Shown here piece by piece: positions 9,486 to 17,607 of a stretch of DNA of 33,201 nucleotides. The translations under genes were made by a program, and so were the position numbers. The notes under the pieces were generated by a model. The model saw nothing but the letters and a program-made list of their open reading frames with translations. It was not told where the DNA came from and made no database searches. Source of the stretch: a virus (Duplodnaviria; Heunggongvirae; Uroviricota; Caudoviricetes); IMG/VR virus record IMGVR_UViG_2574180227_000019; one strand, given 5' to 3'. The first letter of the stretch is position 1; the number at the start of each line of letters is the position of its first letter.

Positions 9486-9873
9486 TCAGACGGGACAGGT
9501 CACGTTCACTCAACTGCCCAACCTGGCGGAGGGATAACGGTCCCTGAATCTCACCGACAGCGGCAATCTGACGGCGCAGAAGTGCAATCCCCCGTAGAGA
9601 GGGAGACGCAATCAGCATCGGACCGTTACGTGTATCCATCACTTTCTCGGCTTCTGATTCAGCATCAATGCTGTCTTTCGCGGTCAGTTCCCGGAATGTG
9701 ACACGGTATTCACGGCTTTCACCGCAGGGCAGACCATCCAGCAGATCCACATACCCATTAGCCAGTTGTTCAGTCAGACCGGCGGTGCGCGGATCGCCTC
9801 CTTCAAGCGCTTCACGAATGGCCTCCATGACGCCTTCGTCTGAAACCGCTGTTTTTTTCTTACGTGATGCCAT
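9397..9873 (-). CDS. Tail assembly chaperone-like protein (Mu gp41-like)
   Basis: 158 aa ORF between tail tube and tape measure, the conserved location of the chaperone gene. Confidence 0.5.
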   Translation of the reverse strand: MASRKKKTAVSDEGVMEAIREALEGGDPRTAGLTEQLANGYVDLLDGLPCGESREYRVTFRELTAKDSIDAESEAEKVMDTRNGPMLIASPSLRGIALLRRQIAAVGEIQGPLSLRQVGQLSERDLSRLMAAVGILDTAMAGKLAADRGRAGAVSGAD

Positions 9874-9882
9874 AACTGCTCC

Positions 9883-10248
9883 TTACTGAACACGGGTACT
9901 GGTTGCGCTGGCGAACTTCGCAGAGATATCGCCACCACCATCTAAAGACGCGGGCTCCACACTCCAGGCTTTGGTCATCATATGGACTTCACCGGTATCG
10001 GCGACGAATTCAATTGTGACTGCGTTCCAGCTGTTGATTTCATCCGTTGCCGGCGAGCCTTCACCACCGGCCGGAAATTTGCATTCCAGCGTGGCCTCAC
10101 GGGGTTTCTCCCGGTAACCGTAGACCTTTGCGCCTTTCACGGCTTCACGTTCAAAACCGGATGGCGAGAAGGTTGCGCCTTCCAGCGTGGCAAACTCCTG
10201 ACCGTTCACACGGATGGTTGCGGTCCCCTGATACTGTTTTCCGCTCAT
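9883..10248 (-). CDS. Tail tube protein (Mu M-like)
   Basis: 121 aa ORF immediately downstream of the sheath gene; size and position. Confidence 0.65.
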   Translation of the reverse strand: MSGKQYQGTATIRVNGQEFATLEGATFSPSGFEREAVKGAKVYGYREKPREATLECKFPAGGEGSPATDEINSWNAVTIEFVADTGEVHMMTKAWSVEPASLDGGGDISAKFASATSTRVQ

Positions 10249-10256
10249 GAATTACC

Positions 10257-11759
10257 TCACAAAATGAAACGGATCTGCGCGGCCATAAAGCGGAACTGGT
10301 TAACCAGGTCCGGTGTGCACAACACATCAAGGCGGTTGCGATCTGATGTGTTACGCTCCACGAGCAGATTCTTTTTAAAAGTGTCCAGGTTCTCGACCAA
10401 CCCCTGATCGACCCATTCCTCACCCAGAGCAATCAACTGAAGCGTCATGATTTCCGGGGTTACAATATTCTGTCCCGCGCTCACCGGTGTGCCATTATCC
10501 GCCAGCTTATGGCGCGGAAAACGCTGCGTGATGAACGTTCGCAGGGAGTAACGCAGATATGAAAGGGTGTAGACGGTTTCCACATCCAGATAGCTGGGGT
10601 CATTGTCTCCATAGGCGTTCTGACGATACATCGTCACCTGACGTTCGATTTGCACCACATCACCGGTTGCGACGGTTACTGTAGCGATACCGCTCCACAG
10701 CAGGCTGTTTCGCTCTTCACGGGTCAGACGATCCGCTGCGGCGGGTGCCAGTCGGGGCGTGATGGCCAGTGTCTGAAGTGGACGTGCCGGATCCGAAGAT
10801 AATGACGGTGCGCATGTCGCACACACCGAGGCTGCCCACAGATAATCGGGTTCCGGTGCTTTTGGAATAGCCGTACAGGTAGCAAGAAAATCGTTACGTT
10901 TTTCACCGAACGCCTGTACTTCTCCGAATGTGCCCGTGTGAGCCATCCAGATGACTCCATCGGACATTTTGACCGGTCCCCAGCGTTTCAGCAGTTCATC
11001 GCTGATCACCTTCAGGTTTGCGTCATCCTTATAGGGCATGACGATGTAGTTGTACTGACGATCCCCCATCCCCGCCACGCTGCGGGTGATATCCGGGTTT
11101 GTGGCCTTCTGTTTTGGAGATGTTATCTGCAATGTAAGGCCGGAAGGGGTGGTTTCACCGTCGTAATAGTTCACACGTAAATCATGAACTGAGCACTCAC
11201 CGGTAAAACGGGCATTCACCCCCATACTGCCTTTAAGGCCTTCAGCATTATCTCCACTGACTTCTGCTGCATAAGCCGTGAATGGTGCATCAACATCGGC
11301 GTTAATGACCTTCACAAGTGCTTCCACAAGCGCTTTACCTTTTTGCCCTGTACCGACAGCCAGCAGATAACGGCGACCACCAATATAGACGCATAACACA
11401 CCGTCTGCCGTCGCCGTACCAATGATATTCATCACACACGCCTGCGGCTGACCAGTGCCCGCCCCCTGGGCAATGGCATATAACTCTGTGTCGGGATTAA
11501 TGGCGATGAATTCCGCCACCATCAGCGCAATCATGGAACCACGCCCCCAAAGCTCTCTTGCCTGAGATGCACGGGTAATACGTACAGGAATGTCCAGTTG
11601 ACCGGAACCCTGTACGGCGGTGTCTTTCATGGCAGCCTGCCCGAACAGCAACACAGACTGACGTTGCGCCGGGGTGCCGGTGACGGCCATGGAATTATCA
11701 AATTCAATCTGTACAAGCGGGATGCGGTTATCATCCCCAATCTGATTAAAACTGATCAT
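10257..11759 (-). CDS. Contractile tail sheath protein (Mu L-like)
   Basis: 500 aa ORF, ATG at 11757-11759, followed by the tube gene; size and synteny. Confidence 0.75.
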   Translation of the reverse strand: MISFNQIGDDNRIPLVQIEFDNSMAVTGTPAQRQSVLLFGQAAMKDTAVQGSGQLDIPVRITRASQARELWGRGSMIALMVAEFIAINPDTELYAIAQGAGTGQPQACVMNIIGTATADGVLCVYIGGRRYLLAVGTGQKGKALVEALVKVINADVDAPFTAYAAEVSGDNAEGLKGSMGVNARFTGECSVHDLRVNYYDGETTPSGLTLQITSPKQKATNPDITRSVAGMGDRQYNYIVMPYKDDANLKVISDELLKRWGPVKMSDGVIWMAHTGTFGEVQAFGEKRNDFLATCTAIPKAPEPDYLWAASVCATCAPSLSSDPARPLQTLAITPRLAPAAADRLTREERNSLLWSGIATVTVATGDVVQIERQVTMYRQNAYGDNDPSYLDVETVYTLSYLRYSLRTFITQRFPRHKLADNGTPVSAGQNIVTPEIMTLQLIALGEEWVDQGLVENLDTFKKNLLVERNTSDRNRLDVLCTPDLVNQFRFMAAQIRFIL

Positions 11760-12037
11760 CAGAGCGTTTCCTCATCTGAGACTGCGGGGCCGGATACCGT
11801 GTCACTGTCCATAACCGGGTCGGCATTCATCGCCATGTCGTTATCACTGTTTTCTTCCGTCACGGCGGGAGCTTCACTTTCCGGCAGGCTTCCAGGCTGA
11901 ATGACATCGCCGTCATCAAGACGCCGACACCAGAACGGCGTGAAGGTTTTTTCCTCCCCCTCCTGTGCCAGCGGGCGCATTGTGTCGGGATCACGAATCA
12001 GGCGTCCCGGCGCGGGTTTGATAAAGATGGTTTTCAT
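11759..12037 (-). CDS. Hypothetical neck/tail protein (Mu gp38 position)
   Basis: 92 aa acidic ORF overlapping the sheath start by 1 nt; synteny only. Confidence 0.4.
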   Translation of the reverse strand: MKTIFIKPAPGRLIRDPDTMRPLAQEGEEKTFTPFWCRRLDDGDVIQPGSLPESEAPAVTEENSDNDMAMNADPVMDSDTVSGPAVSDEETL

Positions 12038-12598
12038 TTACAGTTCCTCCGGCGGTTCGACCGCCGTTGTCGTGTTCCCCGGCAAATCAATATGTGCCTC
12101 AAACGGCGGCGTACCGGGCGGCTCCACAAAGGTTTCGTAATGACGCAGGAAGTCGTCCAGCGAGCTGATATCGGTCAGCGGTGCGATCATTTCCTCGCAG
12201 GAGAAATAAAGCGCATACATCACCGCACCACTGTTCGCCTGGGTTTCGGTGTAACCGTTGACCGCCTTTTCAAAGTAAAGCGGTGAGGTTTTTTCGGTTC
12301 TGAAGCCGTTAAGCACGGCAATCAGCCGGGCCACAATCTGATACAGTCCGGGACGGCTGGCCTCACGCCCGTTGAGCATGTCGCCGATGACGTAGAACAC
12401 CCAGTGACTGACCAGGCGACCACGGGTACGGCCTTCACCGGCACCCAGCCAGGCAACGTAGATCGCCGGAGCGTTAATCAGCATGGTGCGCAGTACGCTG
12501 TCGCTCCAGTCGCCGGGATGCGTGTCAACAGACACAAGTTCATTCCCGAAATACTCACGGATACGGGCGATGTATGCCTGTTCGGTTTCCGTAATCAT
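12038..12598 (-). CDS. Head-tail joining protein (Mu gp37-like)
   Basis: 186 aa ORF; synteny only. Confidence 0.45.
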   Translation of the reverse strand: MITETEQAYIARIREYFGNELVSVDTHPGDWSDSVLRTMLINAPAIYVAWLGAGEGRTRGRLVSHWVFYVIGDMLNGREASRPGLYQIVARLIAVLNGFRTEKTSPLYFEKAVNGYTETQANSGAVMYALYFSCEEMIAPLTDISSLDDFLRHYETFVEPPGTPPFEAHIDLPGNTTTAVEPPEEL

Positions 12599-13014
12599 AT
12601 GAAGCCCTTCTGGTTGCGCCCGAATACCGCTGCATCAGACTGAACCTGTGGTAAATCCCCGGATTCAGGGGCCGCACCGTTCGTATCCACACCTACCGGC
12701 ACATTGCCGTTCATGACATCTTTCAGCCAGGCCAGCGCTTCACGGTAACGGTCACGCGCCTGATCGGAGGCTCGCTGATCGCACAGGTAATAAAAGGCAA
12801 TCGCGCAACAGTGCTGAACAAGAACAGCCGGGATAACCTCCAGCGGCAGCGTGTAACGGGCGGACAGATAGCTGTCGATAAGGGCTGACGCATCTGTCAG
12901 CGCCCGGTTCAGCTTGCGCGTGTCCAGCTCATCCGAACGGGGCACTGCCAGTAACGGCCTGAGCAAATCCTCGCGGTAACGCGCCCGCATATCGCTTTCA
13001 GTGGCGTAATTCAT
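12595..13014 (-). CDS. Head-tail connector protein (Mu gp36-like)
   Basis: 139 aa ORF; synteny only. Confidence 0.45.
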   Translation of the reverse strand: MNYATESDMRARYREDLLRPLLAVPRSDELDTRKLNRALTDASALIDSYLSARYTLPLEVIPAVLVQHCCAIAFYYLCDQRASDQARDRYREALAWLKDVMNGNVPVGVDTNGAAPESGDLPQVQSDAAVFGRNQKGFI

Positions 13015-13394
13015 GCGCGGGCCTTTTTCGCCTGTTTCGCTTTGTTACCGGTCTTTTTCCGGGGAGCATCCTGTCCGGCTTCGGCTTCGGCTTCGGCTTC
13101 GGCTTCGGCTTCGGCTAAATCTGTACCGGCCACTGCATGAACCACCCCCGCCACGCTCCCCGCATCATCAGCAGGCGTCTGTAGTATTCGCACAGTGAGG
13201 CATGGCTCCGCCTCCAGTCGGGCAAGCTGCTCCGGGGTGACCTCAACCTGCTGACGTCCACGCGTGAACAGGAACCCCGCACGACGAAACGCCGAACGAC
13301 TGCAACGCACTTCTGCCAGCACCGTGACAGAATTGTCACCACTGACCTGAAGACCTGAATCATCTGTTGCTGCCACAGTGTGATGTTCATTCAT
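13011..13394 (-). CDS. Hypothetical protein (Mu gp35 position) with internal (Glu-Ala)6 repeat and Lys-rich C-terminus
   Basis: 127 aa ORF, ATG at 13392-13394 with GGAGGG upstream; contains the (GCTTCG)n repeat in frame. Confidence 0.5.
   Translation of the reverse strand: MNEHHTVAATDDSGLQVSGDNSVTVLAEVRCSRSAFRRAGFLFTRGRQQVEVTPEQLARLEAEPCLTVRILQTPADDAGSVAGVVHAVAGTDLAEAEAEAEAEAEAGQDAPRKKTGNKAKQAKKARA
13076..13116. repeat. Hexanucleotide tandem repeat (cggctt)x6.8, in frame, encoding (EA)6
   Basis: Read directly: cggctt repeated 6 times plus a partial copy at 13076..13116. Confidence 0.9.
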
Positions 13395-13409
13395 ATTTGC
13401 CCTCCGCAG

Positions 13410-13432
13410 GGGCCGGGCCGTAAGCCCGGCTC
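13410..13432 (-). promoter_or_regulatory. GC-rich hairpin immediately downstream of the major capsid gene
   Basis: ccgggc / gcccgg stem (13413-13418 / 13424-13429), extendable by about 2 bp, loop cgtaa; no U-tract follows, and the next gene's Shine-Dalgarno lies just beyond. Confidence 0.3.
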
Positions 13433-13437
13433 ACCGT

Positions 13438-14385
13438 TTACAGATAATCCGCGACAACCAGCTCCAGCTTGCCCTTCATCTCGTTAGAGACGGTGGCGTT
13501 TCCGTCTGCGAACAGTTCACGCTCCAGCAGCTGCACCGCCTGTTTTTCCAGCGAGGTGGGGACAACAATATGGGTGGGTTTGATGCCGAGCTTGCGGCCA
13601 CCGTCAGCGGTAAATTCGCGCATGGCTGACCAGCCGTGCCACAGTGCATCCAGCGTCAGCGGTGACTGCATCATGTAGGCCATCTGCCAGAAGCCGTAGC
13701 CCACATTGCGACGGGCGGAAGCACCGAACACAAATTCGTTATCGGTGAATGCGCGACCTTCATCGACTTTGGTCTGGGCAACCAGTTCAGCCTTACGGCG
13801 ATCCTGATAAATCAGCGGTTTGATTGCGCGTGAACAGTCGAGCAGATACCAGGCAGGACCGCTGTAATCCGCCTGTGCACCGACAGAGCCGGTTTTTGCC
13901 ACAAACATATTGCTGACCATCTGCGCATCCCCGGAGCCATCCACTTTGGGGTAAACAGGATGTTCGGTATCAAAGAAGTTCTGGCCGTCATAGCAGGCCG
14001 CATTAATCCCGTCACGAAGAGCAGCAAAGACCAGTTCATCCGGTTGTGCCGCAGCAGCGCGCCCCATCTCCTGGAACAACGGGGAATAAATACCGAGGTT
14101 ATCGTCTTCGAAGTCATCACGGTTAATGGCGACGGTGCCTTCAAAGGTTTTGTTCACGATGGCATAGCCATAGGCCTTCATCTTCTCGATGACGCGGGAG
14201 CCGATCCACTCACGGAACTGCGGGAACTGCCCCAGCCAGCCGTAGGTGTTGGATTTCGAGGTGGAGGGCACGGTCATCGCAATTTTTTTGTACTGCGACG
14301 GGGCCATGGACATCCCGGCCTGAAAATCAGAACGGTAGCCCGTCATCAGGGCGGTGATCATCGCCGGTGTAATCGGGGTAGGCAT
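13438..14385 (-). CDS. Major capsid protein (Mu T-like)
   Basis: 315 aa ORF directly after protease/scaffold gene I with 1 nt overlap; size and position match Mu T. Confidence 0.75.
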   Translation of the reverse strand: MPTPITPAMITALMTGYRSDFQAGMSMAPSQYKKIAMTVPSTSKSNTYGWLGQFPQFREWIGSRVIEKMKAYGYAIVNKTFEGTVAINRDDFEDDNLGIYSPLFQEMGRAAAAQPDELVFAALRDGINAACYDGQNFFDTEHPVYPKVDGSGDAQMVSNMFVAKTGSVGAQADYSGPAWYLLDCSRAIKPLIYQDRRKAELVAQTKVDEGRAFTDNEFVFGASARRNVGYGFWQMAYMMQSPLTLDALWHGWSAMREFTADGGRKLGIKPTHIVVPTSLEKQAVQLLERELFADGNATVSNEMKGKLELVVADYL

Positions 14386-15509
14386 TATTGCATTTCCTCT
14401 TTCATTTTCAGGAATTCGGCTTCGGTTTTACCCAGAAGATGGGCGGCGGCGATATCTTCAGCCGACAGCGAGGCGGTGGCGGTCTTTTTATCCGGCACGG
14501 TCACGGTGTCGGTCTGAAGACCGGTCAGAGCCGCAACCGGCTGGCGGGCGTCAAGCTGCGCAGAAAGTGCTGCAACGCCAATCTGTTGTCCGAGTCCTTC
14601 CATGTATCCGCGTTCGCTTTTGAAAATGCGTCCTTCGGACTCGGCCTTATCCAGCAACTGCTCCAGCGTGGTGCTGCCGTGCTGTGCCGACAGCGCGACA
14701 TATTCGGTACGCAGGGCGTTATACGTCTCAACGGGCACGTATTTCGTCAGATCAATACTGCCGCCAGCCGGTGTGCCTTTTGCGGTTTCCAGCTCTGCCG
14801 ACAGACTGGCGACCTGTGTTTTCAGGTTGTCGTGTGCATCCGCACGGGGTTTGATCCCGGTGAGGGCAGACAGCGCCGCCGTGCCCAGCTCCGGCGTAAA
14901 TTCGTCACCGTCAGCCACGGTCAGACCGAGCGCCGTCAGCAACTGGCGTAATTGCTCATTCATGGAGGTATCCTTTAAAGGAGGGTTTAAGGCGTTATAA
15001 AGGTCATCCGCCGACAGCGCGGCGACAGGATTCATGCCGGTCAGACCGGGGTCACCGGTAATAGCCAGCATCCGAAGTTCGACAGGTTCGCCGGTGTTCT
15101 CGTCATAGCCAATCACCGGTGAAAACCAGGGGAATTCGTTATTACGCAGATGTTCAAGGGCCGGAGGGTTCCACTTCGGGCGCACCTCGAAGCCACGCTC
15201 TTCACTGAAGCGGAAGTTTTCCGGTGAAGCCGTCACAAAACCGGCAGCCGGTGCCTGATGCCCCTTAATCAGGGTCTGGTGGTTGTAGTCAATTTTTACC
15301 GGCTGATTGAGCGCCACAACCCGGGATACCATGCGCTCAACGGTCGCACGGTTAATCAGCCAGCCTTCAGCCGGTTTTTCCGGGCGACCGTCACGGGCCT
15401 TTACCCGACCGGCTGGCATGATCTGACACCAGTCACCGTCCCCGTCTGCGGACAGGCTGATGGCATTCAGAATGGCATAAGCAAGTTTGGGCGTGTTTTT
15501 CGTCTTCAT
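14385..15509 (-). CDS. Prohead protease / scaffold protein (Mu I-like)
   Basis: 374 aa ORF between G and T; N-terminus MKTKNTPKLAYAILNAISLSADGDGDWCQIMPAGRVKA... resembles Mu gpI as remembered. Confidence 0.75.
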   Translation of the reverse strand: MKTKNTPKLAYAILNAISLSADGDGDWCQIMPAGRVKARDGRPEKPAEGWLINRATVERMVSRVVALNQPVKIDYNHQTLIKGHQAPAAGFVTASPENFRFSEERGFEVRPKWNPPALEHLRNNEFPWFSPVIGYDENTGEPVELRMLAITGDPGLTGMNPVAALSADDLYNALNPPLKDTSMNEQLRQLLTALGLTVADGDEFTPELGTAALSALTGIKPRADAHDNLKTQVASLSAELETAKGTPAGGSIDLTKYVPVETYNALRTEYVALSAQHGSTTLEQLLDKAESEGRIFKSERGYMEGLGQQIGVAALSAQLDARQPVAALTGLQTDTVTVPDKKTATASLSAEDIAAAHLLGKTEAEFLKMKEEMQ

Positions 15510-15654
15510 TCCGGCAGCATAAGCCGGGAATTTTCAGGGCGGGTTTTGCGGGATTTCAGGAAGTGCTTTCAGGGGAAAAATACAAAGGCGCTTCACGCAG
15601 ATTTTAAAGCCCGTTAAATACAGGTTAGAAAATCACGACACGCGCCTGAAGGGG

Positions 15655-15681
15655 GTAAGGTAATGCATTTGCATACCTTAA
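15655..15681. promoter_or_regulatory. Imperfect palindrome in the G-I intergenic region (candidate late-promoter operator or RNA hairpin)
   Basis: taaggta ... tacctta inverted repeat flanking the self-palindromic atgcat core, inside the 176 bp non-coding gap upstream of gene I. Confidence 0.25.
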
Positions 15682-15685
15682 ACAA

Positions 15686-16159
15686 TTAAGGCGTTTCTGT
15701 GGCCTTTTTAAAGCGTTTTCTGATTTCGTCCATGATCTCCTGTTCAGCCACCTCATCAAAGCCCATATACGGACGTGCGCCAATGGCTGCCAGTCCCGGT
15801 GGCATACCAGGCAGGCCACCCCACTGATGAATGGCTGCATAAGGTTCATTTGATCCAATCAGCGCCCAGGTATCGCCATAATCCGTGGTCAGGCGGCGGG
15901 CCAGATCGCCGTTCAGCGTCAGGATTTTGCCGGGCGTGTATCCCTTACGGGTACGCCACTTGCGGTAAGGATCTGACCAGTCATGCCAGCGTTCGCCGTC
16001 CGGCTCTTTTTCCTGTTCAAACGCCATTTCTGAGGATGACAGAAGGCTGGACGCCACACTGCGGGCCAGGTCTTTTCCGCCCCCCACAAACTGAAGCCGG
16101 GCAAACACCCGCTGGAGACGCGTAACGTCAACAACGACAGCGGCATCAATGGATGACAT
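15686..16159 (-). CDS. Virion morphogenesis protein (Mu G-like)
   Basis: 157 aa ORF, ATG at 16157-16159 with GGAGG upstream; position between F and I. Confidence 0.65.
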   Translation of the reverse strand: MSSIDAAVVVDVTRLQRVFARLQFVGGGKDLARSVASSLLSSSEMAFEQEKEPDGERWHDWSDPYRKWRTRKGYTPGKILTLNGDLARRLTTDYGDTWALIGSNEPYAAIHQWGGLPGMPPGLAAIGARPYMGFDEVAEQEIMDEIRKRFKKATETP

Positions 16160-16197
16160 ATTGCCTCCGTGAAACTACCTGGTTAAAATAAAAGCAG

Positions 16198-16282
16198 GTC
16201 GGTGTACTCTTAACTGGTAAAGCGGCGCCTGATGGTTTTTTCCTGAGGGATGTTTATGCGGGTTCGACCCCCGCCACCGACC
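16198..16282 (+). ncRNA. tRNA-like element (class II length), uncertain
   Basis: Perfect 7 bp acceptor-like stem (16198-16204 with 16275-16281), T-arm gcggg-ttcgacc-cccgc (16258-16274), T8 A9, GG in the D-loop, U33 and purine 37 around a GAT anticodon-like triplet. The anticodon stem pairs poorly (G-U pairs and mismatches) and the D-stem has one mismatch. Confidence 0.25.
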
Positions 16283-17607
16283 TACAATTCACCCTCCAGT
16301 AATTCCAGCTTTCCACCGCGCAGATCATCAAGTAATGCCTCCTTTTTGACTCTGTAGGCATTAATCACCACATCCAGCTTATCCGGCTGACGTTTCACAC
16401 TATAAGGCGCATTGACGGCAATCTTTGCCGTTCCGTCACGGGTTTCAGTGATGTAAAGCAGATTCTGATGGACATGATCCCACAGCACGGCATCAGGCGC
16501 GGCCAGCATTGCCGGTAATCGCCCGAAATCCTCCGGCGTCAGGGCAATGCCGTCATTCTGATGTTTCACGCTGTCCGCATGGAGCACATTTTTACCGCTC
16601 ATCGCCAGCAGGCGGGCCGGTGGCGTTCCCGTCCGGCTTTCCACCGCCTGCGCAATACTTTCGGTCATAAAGCCCAGCGTGCGGATATCGTGACCACCTC
16701 GCCGGGTCTTCATGATGTTTTTTGCCCAGATGCGGAACGCCAGCTGCCGCTCCGGGCTGTTGTTCATCTCCTGAACCACCATTTCCCGTAACGCCGGGCT
16801 TTTCACCTCGATCAGTTTACGGATCAGCGCCTGGTCTGTGCCGAACGCCGCCGAACCGGGGTTATATGACCAGCCCACATCCGGTGTCATGGTTCTGGTG
16901 CCATCTGAATATGTGGTCACCGGCATTTCTCTGACTTCTCCGGTCTGCTTATCCACGCCAGCCTCAACATTGCGGGTGGAGAGATGATCCTGACCGGATG
17001 AAACGGATAACCCCATTGCATCCAGACGGGCCTGAGATAATGGCCGGACACGGCAGCGGCAGTTCCAGCCATTGGGCGGGTAGTGTGTATTCCAGAACGG
17101 ATCGTCATAGCGGAATACCAGCCCGTTAAAGGCGGAATGTGCCGGGCGGGTGCGGCTGTCCATCACCGCCACATACTGCCAGAACGGATGCGTGTCCGTG
17201 TTGTTCATCATCTGCGTGTAACGCCCGGCATTGTAAGCCACACGGGTGTTCACGTTGTAAATCAGCGCCAGACGGCGGGGACTGCCCAGCTGCACTTCTT
17301 CCGCGTTACCGGCACTGTCCACCACAATCTGTTTTCCCCACCATCCCAGCTTTTGCAGGCGGGGTGTCAGCGTGCGAATAAATGCTTTCTGTGAAATTCC
17401 CTCATCAATGGCCCGCTGCACTTCGGCCTGTAACGTGGTCACCACATCCAGGCGTGCCGCTTTTGCTGCCGTGAATGAGCGGGCATGAACATCCGCGGCT
17501 GTTTCGAACCAGTTCCAGCTGATATGCGCCCCTTTGACACGGAAGTATGCTACCGCCTCTTTTGAGGGAAGCGTGGCGGCATAACCTAAATCAATCCCCT
17601 GTGTCAT
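16282..17607 (-). CDS. Head morphogenesis protein (Mu F-like)
   Basis: 441 aa ORF after portal; contains ...SRTRPAHSAFNGLVFRYDDPFWNTHYPPNGWNCRCRVRPL..., typical of the Mu F / minor head protein family as remembered. Confidence 0.75.
   Translation of the reverse strand: MTQGIDLGYAATLPSKEAVAYFRVKGAHISWNWFETAADVHARSFTAAKAARLDVVTTLQAEVQRAIDEGISQKAFIRTLTPRLQKLGWWGKQIVVDSAGNAEEVQLGSPRRLALIYNVNTRVAYNAGRYTQMMNNTDTHPFWQYVAVMDSRTRPAHSAFNGLVFRYDDPFWNTHYPPNGWNCRCRVRPLSQARLDAMGLSVSSGQDHLSTRNVEAGVDKQTGEVREMPVTTYSDGTRTMTPDVGWSYNPGSAAFGTDQALIRKLIEVKSPALREMVVQEMNNSPERQLAFRIWAKNIMKTRRGGHDIRTLGFMTESIAQAVESRTGTPPARLLAMSGKNVLHADSVKHQNDGIALTPEDFGRLPAMLAAPDAVLWDHVHQNLLYITETRDGTAKIAVNAPYSVKRQPDKLDVVINAYRVKKEALLDDLRGGKLELLEGEL

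Noticed and set aside
13076-13116. CRISPR array
   Set aside because: The only tandem repeat is a 6 bp microsatellite inside a coding region, with no spacer-repeat structure; nothing CRISPR-like was seen elsewhere.
16198-16282. Confident tRNA gene call with anticodon assignment
   Set aside because: Acceptor and T-arms are convincing, but the anticodon stem does not form Watson-Crick pairs, so it is reported only as a tRNA-like element.
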